A DNA stretch of 63,161 bases, filler included, from Welwitschia mirabilis (taxonomy: Eukaryota): NCBI GenBank assembly GCA_051453625.1. It is 6 parts of one record of this genome, joined end to end, with 100 filler letters (N's around TTAATTAATTAA, not from the genome) between each part and the next. Parts side by side here need not be neighbours in the genome. Positions count along the whole stretch, not along the records: positions 16,608 to 28,279 come from JBOZIK010000001.1; positions 28,380 to 57,279 come from JBOZIK010000001.1; 4 more parts are not named here. One strand, given 5' to 3'. Every line of letters begins with the position of its first letter. The stretch's first letter is position 1. Both the position numbers and the translations under genes were made by a program. Shown piece by piece: positions 28,067-43,063 of the stretch. Below the pieces are notes generated by a model, which saw nothing but the letters and a program-made list of their open reading frames with translations, searched no databases and was not told the DNA's origin.

Positions 28067-28279
28067 TGTTGCAATGCCAATTTGTAGGAATTTGATGGTG
28101 TATTTGGAGTACTTTTGCAGGACATTTAAACAGGTTTAGATGCAATTCTGTTGATTATGAAGAGATGATAAGATGATCATGAAAACATGTAATTCTTGAT
28201 ATAATTGGAGGTATTTCAGACATGTTCTGATATTTAGCATATTGAAGGATGACTAAAGGTAAAGAAGACCAATTTTTTC
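28067..28279 (+). mobile_element. 5' part of an Athila-family LTR inserted into the Tekay-like LTR
   Basis: Begins TGTTGCAATGCCAATTTGTAGGAATTTG exactly where homology with the sister LTR ends. Matches the reverse complement of ~62670-62879. Ends at an assembly gap. Confidence 0.8.
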
Positions 28280-28379
28280 NNNNNNNNNNNNNNNNNNNNN
28301 NNNNNNNNNNNNNNNNNNNNNNNTTAATTAATTAANNNNNNNNNNNNNNNNNNNNNNNNNNNNNNNNNNNNNNNNNNNN

Positions 28380-31300
28380 TTACAATTTTCAACATAGGAT
28401 GAATAAACAACCTAATAATTTTCAAACATATCATCCTAACTCCCAACCTTACCAAAATAGATTCGAACATTAAAACTTTCAATGCAACTATCAAAATAAC
28501 ATGGCAAGCTCTTCCAACTCTCAAAACCATAGTGATCCTCTTAGGAATTCCATTGAGGAGTTAAAAAGAACTCAAGAAAAGACAAACACAAACATAGAAA
28601 ATCTTATGAACATTCTATAACAAACCATGCTTACCAACCAAAGACCATAAGGGATCCTTGCCACTCAACCTTTACCAAACCTTAACGAAGTACAAAAAGA
28701 TTGTAAGGTGGTGATAAAGAGTGAAATTAACACAACTCCCCCTACTCATAAGGCTTCAACTTCCCAAAACAACAAGAATGATGAGGAAGAAGACATAGAA
28801 ATCTTAGAAAATCATTCCTTCCCTTCTTCATTTAGCGAAAAAAAGAAAAATTTCTTACAAAAGAAACCTATTACCTCATGGCTTAATAGGCTTAACAAAA
28901 ACCCTGTCTTTGACAATCACTTAAAAGCTTTAATGAAAGACGTAAGTATCAATTTACCTTTTTGGAAACTTTTGCAAGAAAACCCCAAATACTCTAAGCT
29001 ATGGAAAGACCTAATTAGAATAAAACAAAAATGCACTATCCCGAGTAAAGTCTTCCTAGCTCAATCTATTAGCAACTTAGTTTTCANNNNNNNNNNNNNN
29101 NNNNNNNNNNNNNNNNNNNNNNNNNNNNNNNNNNNNNNNNNNNNNNNNNNNNNNNNNNNNNNNNNNNNNNNNNNNNNNNNNNNNNNNNNNNNNNNNNNNN
29201 NNNNNNNNNNNNNNNNNNNNNNNNNNNNNNNNNNNNNNNNNNNNNNNNNNNNNNNNNNNNNNNNNNNNNNNNNNNNNNNNNNNNNNNNNNNNNNNNNNNN
29301 NNNNNNNNNNNNNNNNNNNTACTACTCCATGTCTTAATAGGATTAACGAAAACCCTATCTTTTACAATTACTTGAAATCCTTAATGCAAGACATAAGTAT
29401 CAACTTATTTTTCTGGAAACTTTTACAAGAAAACCCCAAATACTCTAAGCTATGGAAGGACTTAATAAGAAGAAAACAAAAATGAACTATTCCTAGTAAA
29501 GTCTTCCTAGCTCAATCTATTAGCAACTTAGTTTTCAAGAAGTATCCAAAATTTAAAGATCCAGGGGCAGCAACTGTTAGTGTCATCTTAGAGGGGAACC
29601 AAAGAATTAAGAAAGCCTTAATAGATATAGGAGCTAGTGTTAATATCATGCCCTTACATATTTGTAAATGTTTAAGATTGGAAGAGAGAATAGAACCTAT
29701 GAAAATTTTTTTGGAATTAGCTGATTTATCTGTTAAGAAACCCTTAGGTATGATAAAGGACTTGGTCATTCAGATCGAGGAAGCTTTCTACCCTATAGAT
29801 GTAGTTTTTTTAGAAGTTGAGCATAAAATGGATATCCCATACTTCTAGGTAGAGCTTTTTGCGCAATCGTCTATTGCATCATAGACACTAGAACTGGATT
29901 AATGAAATGTCACTTTAGAAACAAACGATTTTCAATATGAGTCTTTGATGTAGCTAAAAAAGAATTGAGAAATGATTTAGGATTAGAGGATGATATAAAA
30001 CCTAGCCTAACTTTATAAAACCATCCAAACCTAACGCAAATTATAAAAGAATAAATCATAAAAATAATGGGTGGAAAATGGTGTACACATATAGAAAACA
30101 ATTGAAAAGACATGAGGTTTTTAGATGCAATTGTAAAAATATTAGAAGCATTTATTTCCTACCTAAGTTCTTTCTTAGCCTACTCCTTAATTAAATATTA
30201 TAACTTTATTTGATCATCTTTTAACTTAACTTATGTATTATTTCATAAAGTATCATGATTGGTTTATACTTGGGCATTTATAAGTGGTAAGATTAGATTC
30301 ACCCAATTTTAAGACATTCCCATATCTATAAACTGTATTTACAGGAAGATACCTTATTTCTTGTATTGTTTTTTTCAATGGTGGCTAAATCTTAAGTTTT
30401 CAAGAAGTGTTCTTTTCTATTTTTTACTTTACTTATTCATCTTAGTCTTTTTAAGTGGGTGATCCTGTGGGAATTATCTTTTTTATCAAAAAAAAAGAAA
30501 AGAAAAGAAAAGAAAAGAAAAAAAATAAAGAAAGAAAGAAAGAAAGAAAAGTGAAAAGCATGATGTCCTACCGCAAGTACACCAGGGCAAATATTTTCGA
30601 GAGGAGCCTTTGGCAATGTAATATGATAGCTATGAGAACTCTACTGGGGGGTCAGTTAACCATGCTTCGCAGGTCCTTACTCCTGTAATAGTGGTTGCAC
30701 TCCCCTCATCATGGCAAAAGAAATACAAGAAGTATTCCCACTTGATCATTTCACTTTTGAAGATTTCGATGAGTTTGTAGGTAGAAATAGATGAGTTCAT
30801 TTCTTAGTACCTTTTAATTTTGACCTTCATTGTTCTACACACTTGAAACTTGGATATCACCATTACCACTGTCCTTTTGAATGAACTTTATCAAGTAAAT
30901 ACATTTTGTCATGCATCTTTTATTAGGTAATGTTATGCTATTTTTCTTTAGAGTTTGCTATGTTAGAACTTAGAATAAGTAAACATTCTTCTTCTTGTTC
31001 CTTATGTCTATTTCTCCTCTGTTTTTCTTCTATTTTCATATCTACTAGTTTTTAGTCATTTTTCCATTTTCTTCTTTCCTTAGGACTTTACTAGTTTAGT
31101 AGTTTTTCATTCCAATCATCGTTACATTTTTCATTTTCATTAGTTTAGGTAATTCGGGACGCATTGCACATTTTAAGTTGGGGGTAGAATACACATATAA
31201 TTTTAGTATTGCATATTTATAATATAATTTTTTCAATTATGAATACATGATTACATATTTCTAAAATAGAGTTCTTTGATTTTTGATAATTATCTTTTTA

Positions 31301-32327
31301 TTTGATAATTGATCATAATAAGGATCTAGTATTAATGTAAAATCTGATTTCTATTATAGGTTCCAGACCCTAAAAAAATTTTAAGGAGTCTATCATCCTC
31401 ACTATTATTTGAATAACAAATTGGACGATACACTTTTGATACTTTATTTAGTTTTTAAATTTTTAGAAATTNNNNNNNNNNNNNNNNNNNNNNNNNNNNN
31501 NNNNNNNNNNNNNNNNNNNNNNNNNNNNNNNNNNNNNNNNNNNNNNNNNNNNNNNNNNNNNNNNNNNNNNNAACCACTGCCCTTTTGAATGAACTTTATC
31601 GAGTTAATACATTTTGTCATGCATCTTTACTCAGGTAATGTTATGATGCTTTCCTTTGGATTTTTCTGCGTTAGTACTTGGAATAGGTAAACATTCTTCT
31701 TCTTGTTTCTTGCATCTATTTCTCCTCTGCTTTTCTTTTGTTTTTATGTCTATTATTTTTTAGTTATTTTCGCATCTTCTTCTTTTCTTATGACTTTACC
31801 AATTTAGTCATTTTTCATTTTAGTCATTATTGCATTTTTCTTTTTTGTTAGTTTAGGCAATTTAGGACGCATTGCACATTTTAAGTGGGGAGGCAAGATA
31901 CACATATAATTTCAGTATCGCATATTTATAATATACATTTTTCCAATTATGAGAATATATGATTGTAAATCCTCCTTGATTTTTACATGATTATATTTAA
32001 CTGTCTCTCACAAAAAGAGCTGTTTATCAAAACTTTATAATTAATGCAAAATCTAATTTCTGTCATAGGTTCCAGACCCTGAAAATATTTTAAAGAACCT
32101 ATCTTCCCCATTATCATTTGGACGACATGCTAGACGACAAACATCTGATACTAATACAGGTATTTTATTCAGTTTTTAAATTTTCAGAAATTTAATTCAT
32201 TACTGATATATATATTCTAGATACTCTCCTTAGATATCCTAGTTATTTTTATTATTTAAAAGTTGGATCACAAATATGGTTTACCATCTAGTTTTGTCAG
32301 GGACTGACAAGGCTAAGTGGGGGGCTA
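28380..32327 (+). mobile_element. Interior of an Athila-like non-autonomous element: gag C-terminus + protease, then non-coding 3' region, with no RT/RH/INT
   Basis: KDVSINLPFWKLLQENPKYSK (ORF 28708), KFKDPGAATVSV...ALIDIGASVNIMP (~29549-29653), ELADLSVKKPLGMIKDL (ORF 29648). Athila-like internal purine tracts AAGTTGGGGG (~31175) and AAGTGGGGAGG (~31883). PPT AAGTGGGGGG at 32315-32324. Confidence 0.8.
30488..30550 (+). repeat. A-rich (AAAAG/AAAG)n simple repeat
   Basis: Directly visible; it produces the Lys/Glu/Arg run in ORF 30455. Confidence 0.9.
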
Positions 32328-33982
32328 TGCTGTGACACTAACTTATGGGTATTTGATAAAGTATTATGAGTTGTTTTGCAGATGAACTAATAGATAAATA
32401 CTTAGTTCCTATGATAATCGAGAATCAAGGAGCACAAGACGAAAACATGCAATTATCAGATAATCCACAAGCATTTCATGTAGATATGGATAAATGTTAT
32501 TTTTGGATAACTATTCCTACAAACAACAACGATTTGACTGACTGAAGATCAAGAAAAACCTGTCGTCCCATCCATCATTCATGCAACAGTTAGAATAAGA
32601 ACTCCAATTAAGCAATAAACAGAGTTCTTTCGAGATAACTTTCAGTTGAACTAAAGATCTTACTATTAGGCATCATCGTCCACCTCATCGTCCATATGAC
32701 ACTAGTGGATGATACCTCAAAAACCAGTCGATAACAGTTCACATGCAATCCGACAAGCAGATAAACTGAATCAGAACTAGAGTCCAATTATCGATCCTCA
32801 TTGTCTCCTACTTCATCCAGATGACTAACAAGACGACATTGTTTTCCTTTACTTTTACCGAATGTATTCCCGAGTTGTCGTCTCTTTATTGTGACTTTAC
32901 TTTGCATGTCAGCTAGGATTTCTCCTTTACTTTTCTGTCACTTCCCTTTCCCTTTCTGTCTATAAATAAAGGTCTTCCCCTCGATTCCTAATCATCTTTG
33001 ACAGTACCTAACATTCTTGTAATAGGAGATCTTAGGACCGGAGAACCATCTTGTAANNNNNNNNNNNNNNNNNNNNNNNNNNNNNNNNNNNNNNNNNNNN
33101 NNNNNNNNNNNNNNNNNNNNNNNNNNNNNNNNNNNNNNNNNNNNNNNNNNNNNNNNNNNNNNNNNNNNNNNNNNNNNNNNNNNNNNNNNNNNNNNNNNNN
33201 NNNNNNNNNNNNNNNNNNNNNNNNNNNNNNNNNNNNNNNNNNNNNNNNNNNNNNNNNNNNNNNNNNNNNNNNNNNNNNNNNNNNNNNNNNNNNNNNNNNN
33301 NNNNNNNNNNNNNNNNNNNNNNNNNNNNNNNNNNNNNNNNNNNNNNNNNNNNNNNNNNNNNNNNNNNNNNNNNNNNNNNNNNNNNNNNNNNNNNNNNNNN
33401 NNNNNNNNNNNNNNNNNNNNNNNNNNNNNNNNNNNNNNNNNNNNNNNNNNNNNNNNNNNNNNNNNNNNNNNNNNNNNNNNNNNNNNNNNNNNNNNNNNNN
33501 NNNNNNNNNNNNNNNNNNNNNNNNNNNNNNNNNNNNNNNNNNNNNNNNNNNNNNNNNNNNNNNNNNNNNNNNNNNNNNNNNNNNNNNNNNNNNNNNNNNN
33601 NNNNNNNNNNNNNNNNNNNNNNNNNNNNNNNNNNNNNNNNNNNNNNNNNNNNNNNNNNNNNNGGTTTCTTTGATTATATAGATTATGAGGGTAGCCTTTG
33701 TTAAGGTTGAGCTTGATTAGATTAGGTGCATCATTGTTTCTTTTCATAGATTAGTTTTGCATTGCTATTTCCATTTCATGCATTGCAATTTATTTCAATA
33801 AATTAGGGTTACATATTTCTTTCTTGAAATCAACTCTTTATTATTCATACTATTCGACTTTGACAGAATTACGACATTCGGATCACTCTGACTATACTAG
33901 TGTGCTATATTTGTACATCTTATTTGTAATTAACAAGATTTAAATCAAGGTGTGAAACATTGCATAAATTCGCACCGCAACA
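32328..33982 (+). repeat. 3' LTR of the Athila-like element
   Basis: TGCTG...CAACA termini immediately after the PPT. Homologous to 15587-16689, including ctgtctataaataaaggtct (TATA-like, ~32961). Contains a large N gap. Confidence 0.85.
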
Positions 33983-36900
33983 TACTGATTATATGCTAAT
34001 AAAATCATTATTTCATATTAATTTGTATTTTTTCTGTTTTCTCTTAACTTCATCTTTACAAGTTAACTTAATATCATAAACCATCAGTCTTTCTAATAAT
34101 TTTTTAATTCAAATAGTTCTAACTGGATAGTGTTACTAACATGCATGTTTTAGTATCTAGAATGGATACCTTCCTATACATTTATAGATTATTGCTAAGA
34201 TTTTTCAATTAAAAAAAATTTATGGCTAAGTTCTTATATTAAGAATTTTTAAATGGAGTATTTTATAATATTTTCTACTTAACTAACAAAAACTATAAGA
34301 CTAGAATTTATAGTATGAGCTACTTTCATAGCAATTAGAACAAAAGAAGTTATACATACTATAGTATAGCTAATTCAAGTTTTCTCTAATAAAATTTTTC
34401 TAGCACTTGTAAGAAATTTTTTATGGAATTTTTAAATCTTTTAAAATATTTTTTTGATTATCCTTTATCTTATATATTAAATCATCGTTTTACATAATTG
34501 ACATGCCTAGATATTCATTTGGAAACTAGCTTGCTACACAATTAAGAGTAGTAAGAATTTTATTCTTTTACATTAGATTCCTACTAAAAAATGCATTTTT
34601 AATTTACTCTAATTAATACTTAAACTAAAAAATTGTTAAAATATTTTTAAAAATATTTTACATTAAATGTTGTATTTACATTAAAGTCAAGACATAACAT
34701 AACATCATTCACAAATTGCAAAGAGGGGATACATGATGGAAATTTAATTTATAATTTCATAATAAATGTTAAATGGAATCTATTACTATTGTAAAAGGGA
34801 GAGACAAAAAATATCTCTTTGTTGTAATACCACATGATGTTAAAAGTATAAATATCACTTCTCATTGATAATTAAATAAAAATGGATTATTTCTCTTACA
34901 AACTTTATAAGTTCATAAGGGATTTCTTAAATCATTTTTCTCCTATAAATACAATATGATCTTCCATTAGATTAAGGTGGAGAAATGTTCTAAGCCTAAG
35001 AACATAGCTACTTCTTTGGTTCTCTTTAATAATTTTATCTGCTAGCATGATGTTGACATGCCTCCAATTTTTTTTCCTTATGGGTAATACCTAATTAGCT
35101 TTCATTAATAATATTTTAAAGGATTTACGATATTCTCTTTATATAGAATTTGAAATAAGATTTATATGTAATAAACAATGTCCAACTTTTTGTTAATATC
35201 TAGTAAATTTATTCTTGTTATTTAAAGTTTTTTAAAATGTTATCATGAACATGGAGTTACTATATCAAATATTATTACATTATACTAGGTGATCATGAAG
35301 ATGACTAATTTATAACTATTTTGACACTTTTTAAGGCATATCTTGATGATGATCATGTCAATCCTGACTAGTCTCAATGATGAAGATGTAGAGTGAGGAT
35401 ACAAAGATGATCATAAAGGGTATAAGATTCCTTGAGATCATCATATGATTCATCATATGCTTACATAAAACCTTGTTAATGAGTTTGACAATATAATGCA
35501 AACTCCATTGATGATCCAATATTTACTTCTTATGGGAGTTACTATGATTATCAGAACTATTAATGAAGTTTCTAATATGACTTGCAAGATATGTTTTTTT
35601 ATTTTTCTATGATATTTATCTATTTCTAAACTTTCAAAAATGATCCATAACTTTCAAGACTTGTTTTTAATAATTTTTGTACTTTTAATGCTCTAGAATC
35701 ACTGATTTAATAGGTTCTAGGCATTGTAATTCAAATAAATAGCTCTTAAATTTAAAAATGTAACTATTTTAAGTTTAAAATAACAAATATTCAAACTTTT
35801 GAAAGTATTAAAGAGCTCTAATAACACTAGAGATGCTATAGCATGAAACAACTAACTTAATTGGTTATAAAATTTGAAAAATGGGTTAAAATAAGGTTTT
35901 TAAACCTTTAGTCTATTATTAAACTAGTTCACTCATTATAATGCCCTTAGAAAACACTGTGTATCCTCATAAATCAAAATATATATCATAATAACTCACT
36001 ATTATTACTTACAAAGTCTAAACTCTCTTCTTTTCTTTAGTTTTAGGGTGATTTTAGAGCATTTTCAACCATTTCATCCAAACATTTCCATATTTTTTTT
36101 AATATTTCACTTCTTAAAATAATTCTCCATTATTCGAATTCAGTAAAGTACTCTTTTTACCTAGGATAAGACTTCAAGATTTTTCCAATATATTAATTTT
36201 ACACTTATTTCACTAGTTTTAAGGCACTTTGAGGCTAACTTTGAACTTGTAAGTATTTGGATGATTTAATATTAATAAAGAGATACTCTTATTAATATAA
36301 GAATTCTATCTCTTCCTTTTTTAGCATGTATTCTTGGATTGTTTCAGCATTCTTTGTAGTTTTCATGTTGTTTTAACAAGTTTTTTGCATAAGCATGAGT
36401 ATATGTTCATGTTTGATAATTTACATGAATTATAATTTAAGTTAGACTACTTAAAATAGGATTATAGTAATTTTAATATAAATATCTAAAAGTGTTGGAT
36501 ATCCAATCTATTTCTCTCTTCTTTGTGCCATTTTCCACCTAATGCCACTGATTCAATTTCAATTATTTTTTATATTTTTTAAAAATTAATTTAAACATAT
36601 TTTATTGTTTTTATGATTTTGAATGTTATTCTTATTTATAAAAATGTTTGGTTAGCCATTATTTGTCTTTTTTCATGAATAATACTATTTTAAAATATGT
36701 ATTTAACTAGTGAATTTAGAAAATCCTACGAAAATCCCTATAACATATACACTCATAAAATATTATTTTATGAAATATCATCTTAAGTACATTCCTAACT
36801 ATTCTCATAAAATTCACAAATTTGAATTTAATCCTAATTTTTAGTTTTACTTAGGGAGTTATTTTGCTTGTAACTTATTCTATGTTTAATTTTTTATACA

Positions 36901-37486
36901 GTTTTTAATTAAATTATGCTTTTTTCTTGTAAATTAATACTTAAGTTTATATTAAATTTTTTAAAATTTTAAAATGTCCAAATCACTTTTACTTGGATTT
37001 ATATTCAACCTACTCATTTCTTAATATTTTGATCTAAAACAAGACTTTAAATGTTTTTTCATATTTTACTTAACATGTTTGTCTTCATATAGTTAATCAT
37101 CTCACATGGAAATAACTCAAAAATTTCATGGTAGACTAGAATATGACATTTGAAGAGTTCTACTATAGATATGTTTTCCAATTTTCTCTCTCCTACTTTC
37201 TTTTTATCCATCTAATTACATATGAAATTTATGTTTCTAAAGCTAGTGCTTTGTATAAAATGTTACATAGTTTATGCTTGTTAAACATCTTATGTGAATT
37301 TGTGAATGTGAGTGAATAATTATTTTATAAGTTTACATTTAAAAACTCAAGTTGTTATCAACCATTATCCCTAATTAAAGTTTTAGAAAATTGCAAACTA
37401 ATTTTAGTTTATTTAAAGAAATATAATTCCATCAAGTAATTTTATTAATTAATATTTATCATTTCCAATGCACTTAAGGAGAAAAG

Positions 37487-40400
37487 TGAGTAAGATCAAA
37501 ATGCAAAGAAAATTTTAGAAACCATGAAGTGTATCAAATGCATCACATGCTCAAGTGAGGGTTTTTTTCCTTCTTTATATTAATCAATTAGATTACATGA
37601 GCTCATAAATGCTATACATTATATTTTTGTGAGATTTTACTTTATGATATTATAATACAACATTAATCTATAACATTAACTTCTCTAACATATAATACAA
37701 ATGCACATGAACATACAATACAATTTAATGATCTTTAACACTTCCTCTTAGACTAGGTTACAAAACTCATATAACCTAAGTTTACCATAAAGAAACTTTA
37801 CATGACTATAGTCAAGACCCTCGATGAAATAATTAGTAACATAAAGATCAATAGAAACATGATCATTATAAATATCCCCACTCTATAGCTTTTCCCTTGA
37901 AAAATCATAATTAATATCTATATACTTGGTGTGCTCATGGAAAACTAGATTATATGCATTACAAATTAAAGCCTTTTTATCACATGAGTATAGATATAGA
38001 GAAATTCAACTTTTGTAGAAAATGTTTATGCCATTGGTGGGTCTTTGCACCTACACTTGATTATGTACAAATTAACTGCTTCTTACTATTTTTATGGTAT
38101 AAGATTATCATCTATAAAATTATAATACCCAATGGTGGATCATCTATTCATAACAAAATTTTTGTAATCAGAATCATAATAGGCTATAGCATTCATATGG
38201 TTATGTTTCTAATATAGTAAATTCTACATGGATCTTTCTTTAAGTACCTTAAGATCTCGATCACAGCATCCCAATGTGATACTCAAGATTGGTTCATAAA
38301 CTTACTACTACAACTAACTACAAAAGATGTGTCAAGATAAGTCACATTCAAGTAATTTAGCTTTTCAATCAAACACCTATATCTAGGAGGCTCTTTGAGA
38401 AGTTGTACATTATCTATTATATCAAAGAGAGAATTAATAAGTTTATACCCAAGCATATTAGGCTCATCTAGTAAATCTGACATATACCTCCTCAATAAAA
38501 GGATGATTCCATCTAAAGGATAAGATACCTTAATACTAAGGAAATATTTGAGATTTCCTAAGTCCTTGGTATAGAAATGTTACACAAAAATATCTTCAAC
38601 TCTTAAATGCCTATATCATTGTCTCTTATAATAAGAATATCATTTACATATATAACTAAAATAATGAAACTAGAACTAAAACACACATATATAATATTGT
38701 ATGATCAGTATAAACCTTTTCACACTATGGAATTGGATCATAACTATCCTAAATTTGCTAAACTAAAAGCTGAGAGACTACTTCAAGTCATAATTTAACT
38801 TCTTTAGCATACAGAAATATTTGCCACACTTTTCATAAACAATAGAGCCCAATTGTTTCTTTATGTAAACTTTTCCATTAAGTCATCATTAAGAAAAGAT
38901 TTCTTTACATCTAGATAAAAGAGAAACCATTCAAATTTAGCTTCTAAATAAATAATCACATGAATAAATGTGATATTTGATACTAATACTCTACTCCATA
39001 AACTTGTGTACATTTTTTTGTAACCACCTTGGCTTTCAACCCTTTAACCAAACCATTAGAAAGATATTTAATAGCATATATCCATCTAAAATTAATAATA
39101 TATTTATGTGGAAAAATAAAAAGAAGCTTTTAGGTATCATTTTGAACAAAAACAACCACATCATATTGTATGGCTATCCTCTATGCGTTATCCAATAATG
39201 CCTCTTGAATAGATCTAGAAATAGAGTTAGAAAATAAGAAATAAATAAAACACTTAAATAACTGGACCTATGAATCGTATTAAATATTTCGTAAATAGGA
39301 TGATATGCATAAGATCTAACACCTTTTCTAAATACAATAGACAAATTCAAATTTTGAAATTTTAGGGTGAGAAGGAGCTACAACTTACAACATAAGAGCC
39401 TTAAGACCAATAGATTGAGAATTAAATGGTGGATATAGATCTATTTATATTTTATAAACCTATATGATAGAAGAACTCTATGGCTAAAGAGATGTAGAAA
39501 TAGCTATAAGAATAGGATCAACAAGAATGAATGGAAAATAGGTGTTACTAAAGAGATAGAAGTAGGAGATATAAGGGAAAACTATGGGGTAGACTCAAAG
39601 AAGGTAACATCCTAACATACATAATGAATCTTTATAAAGTGATCAACACATTAATATTCTTTTTGAAAATGAGAGTACCTAATATTACAAATAACTTATC
39701 ATTAACTACAAAAAAATTATAAACAAAGCATAGACACCTAAAAGTTTTTAAAGATACAAGGAAAGGATCTTATTATGAAAATAAAATGAAAATCAAGTCT
39801 AATTATTAAGGATGATGGCATATAATTGATGAGAAAATAGGTTGTAAGAACTTGCTTTTTATAATAGGATTTATAAACATTCCTACGATAAAGAAGAGGA
39901 TTGGCAACATTAAGGAGATGTTGATTCTTACATTTAGCAATACCATTCCATTGTGGTATATGTACATATGAGAATATAAAATGAATATCATTAGATTTCA
40001 TGAATAAAGTGAAATAGGCAAAAATATATCTAAGGATATTATAGGATAACAAGGCCTTCATTTTCATGTTAAACTAAGTATTAATTTTAGCATAAAGGAT
40101 AGAAAAATATGGATCAGCTTAGAACATTCTTTTATTAAAAAGATCCATGTCATTTTCATAAAATCATTAATGAATGTTACAAAATATTTGAAACCCTTGT
40201 TAGAGGAATTTTAATTAGACCTCAAGAATTAAAATGAATAAAATCAAATGAGGCATTAAAATGTTTCTTTACTTTAAAAGAGTAATACACATAATGATGA
40301 TTCCCAAACTTACATGCTTCACCTTCTACTACTAACATTGACTAATCAGAGGGGAACATGAATATTAATTTTAATAGGGAAGCATGGCTTATGTGATAAT

Positions 40401-42441
40401 TAAGTAATAAATGGGAATAAGAGAATGAGGTATGTAGGGCTCTATCACCAGGCTTAAAATAGTATAAACCATTAAAATCCCTTCCTTCACTAGTCTAACT
40501 CCTTCTTCTAATATCCAATACAACATAATAAAAAGGATAAAAAGTTACTAAACATTTAAGATTCTTACACAGCTTCCTAAATAATATTAAGTTCACTAGG
40601 AATTTTGGAATAAGCAAAAATGAGGACAATGAAAGCTAAGAACCAAAATTAATGTTACCAATAATAGTTATAGTATATACAATATCATCAGCTAAGGTAA
40701 ATATAAATAACATTTGCTACACAGATGAAAGCTAACATAAGGAGCTAGTCATATGAGTTGAAGTATTTAAATTAATAATTCAAGGCTAGACGACAAGAAA
40801 AGAGGAGGATAAGGGTTTTTAAGGCTATGAAGAAAGAAGCTTCAAGTATTCTTCCTTTGACATCATTATTTGTTAAAAAGATTATCTAATTAATAGCTTA
40901 TGAGGTGCTAGAAAATATTAAGTGGAATATGCTATAGTATTAGATCCTTATAAATACTAATAATATTATTTTATATGCCCTTTTCTATCACAATAATTAC
41001 ACAAACACTCTCCTTAAATAGGTTTTCTGCTACCACCTCCTTCCCCTAAGTAAATATTTTCCTTGTCCTCCATATGGATCACCTCGATCAGGACATCCTT
41101 CATAACCTTTACCATGTTCTTCTTTAAATCTAACAAATGTTATATTATTAAATGAAGAGTTAGATAGCTTAAAAAATATTACCCTTCTTACTCTGGCAAA
41201 AGTCTCTAAAAGAGATGACAAAGAAGGATCCTTACATATTTTATCTCTTATAGGTTTTTATTCACTCTTAAGATTACATAGAAAATGCACAATGTTAAAT
41301 TATTTTCTCTACTTGATCATCTTAGCCACATCTAAAGAAATAGCTTGAAACATATTGAGCTCATCACATAGACTGCTCATTTTTAAAAAAATACTCTTTT
41401 AAACTCTTGTCTTTGCTGAGTGTTGAAAAAGAATAGAAATGACAGATATATCTTAGTCATATTATTAGTACCAGAATAAATGTCATGTTGGTGCTCCCAC
41501 ATAATCTTATCACTTTTCAAAATAATTACTTAACTATTAATATTAGGCTTCCTGCAGTTCCACAACATAGCATGGATTATCTGATCTTTGTATCTAGTGT
41601 CTGTGGAGATAGAGTGATCATTAGTAGTGCACTTTATGTTACCCTAGTAGTCAATGCCATATCTAAAGTAGTATACTATAATAAATATTTTTTTCATTCA
41701 AATTTATGTAAGTCATATGGAAGACTTAAAACTTAGAAGAAGACATTATGAATATATTTATAGAACTAGACACCCTAAAAGAACCCATCCTCTTTGTCTT
41801 TTTAATTTTTTTTCTTTTTATTTATTTATTACAATAGTAACTAATAACAACACCACTTAAAAAAAAAACATAATAGAAGCTATATAAAAGGAATATTAAA
41901 AGTATTTTAATCAAACACACTAGGAAAACATAAAACCTAGGGTTTAAATACTTTAACACATAATCAACAATAAAGCACTACCAAAGTGTCTCATTTGAAA
42001 TACTAAAAAAACTTAAGACTAACAAACAAACTGATCACAAGAAAAGGGTATCAACACAACCAGAGCTACAATAGAAAAAGGTTTAAAAAAAAAGCAATCA
42101 TAAACCATCGTTATATCCAATAAGACATCCTTAAGAAATCACAAAAAAGGGATGTCTTAAAACATCATAATAATATGCTAGTAATCAAAGAACTATTCTA
42201 CTATGATATTATGATATAAAGAAATAGCAAAAAATACTAGAAATCCTTGAGTGTATCAGACTCATCACACATTCCATTAAGGGGCTTATTTCCTTTTTAT
42301 ATTAACTAAATAGGTTACATGACCTCTCAAACCCTAGATGTTAGGGTTTGATAAGACTTTATTTTTACTTTACAATATTTACCCTTATAACATATCATAC
42401 ATATTTACATCAACATAAAATAGAATATAATTTTCTATAAC
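37487..42441 (-). mobile_element. Old full-length Ty1/copia retrotransposon with short, diverged LTRs
   Basis: Minus-strand motifs: zinc knuckle LCNYCDRKGH (~41005-40975), protease remnant (~40780-40748), integrase PQWNGIAKCKNQHLL (ORF 39738), RT YVNDILI (~38652-38630), RNase H VFHEHTKYIDI (~37945-37915), PPT GAGGAAG then TGTTAAAG (~37747-37733). Similar LTRs at ~37487-37740 and ~42212-42441; decayed PBS at ~42200-42211. Outer ends approximate. Confidence 0.85.
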
Positions 42442-43063
42442 CATATAAAACCATACATTTATTTTACCTAGATAACTAAAATTAAGCTTAATAACCATCT
42501 TATTTCATATGAGAAATGTGAAGCCTTCATTTCTTTGACTTAAAAGTATACTAAATATGAACTGCATGAATCATTTTATCCTATAATTTTTATGATTTAA
42601 TTAACTATATTTAATTCTAAATAGTTTTATAAATAATTTTTTTCATGTGGATGCTCTATTCAATATATAATTTTCTATACCTACTAATGATGTGCTTAAC
42701 GTGGTTTAGTAAACGTATTTGTAAATAAATTTTGTTTTACATATGAGATTTCTTTATTATTTAGGTTTTCTATTATCATGCATTCTAATATAGTAACAAT
42801 AAAAGTTTTATTTTCATATTAAAGAAAAGGCATTAAAATATTCTTAATTTACTATAAATACTTAGTTTCATTAGCTAAAAAGCCGTTGTACTTACTATTA
42901 TTTATAAGTGTCTAAATTATTTTTATCAAATTACTTTAATGAGAATTTATAAATTAATAGGTGTAATGCATGATTTCTAGAGTGCTTACACATGATCTCC
43001 TTATGTTAAATGTCTATTAAAAATAGATTTTGAATAATAACATTGTCATCTTTCTTTGGAATT

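Noticed and set aside
28870-29537. Direct repeat of gag sequence either side of the 29087-29319 gap
   Set aside because: Flanks an N gap; probably two family copies or haplotypes scaffolded together, so it cannot be claimed as a real duplication.
30863-32200. ~600-bp direct repeat either side of the 31472-31570 gap
   Set aside because: Same gap-flanking pattern; likely an assembly artefact.
32992-33747. ORFs of 227-251 aa
   Set aside because: Mostly Ns inside an LTR.
28067-33982. One intact element bounded by the LTRs at 28067 and 32328
   Set aside because: The LTRs are different subtypes, the flanks differ (catag vs tactg), a linker gap separates them, and the host LTR does not resume after 33982.
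34000-37480. Possible DNA-transposon remnant (acidic codon patch at ~35340-35410)
   Set aside because: No TIR, TSD or transposase motif could be identified.
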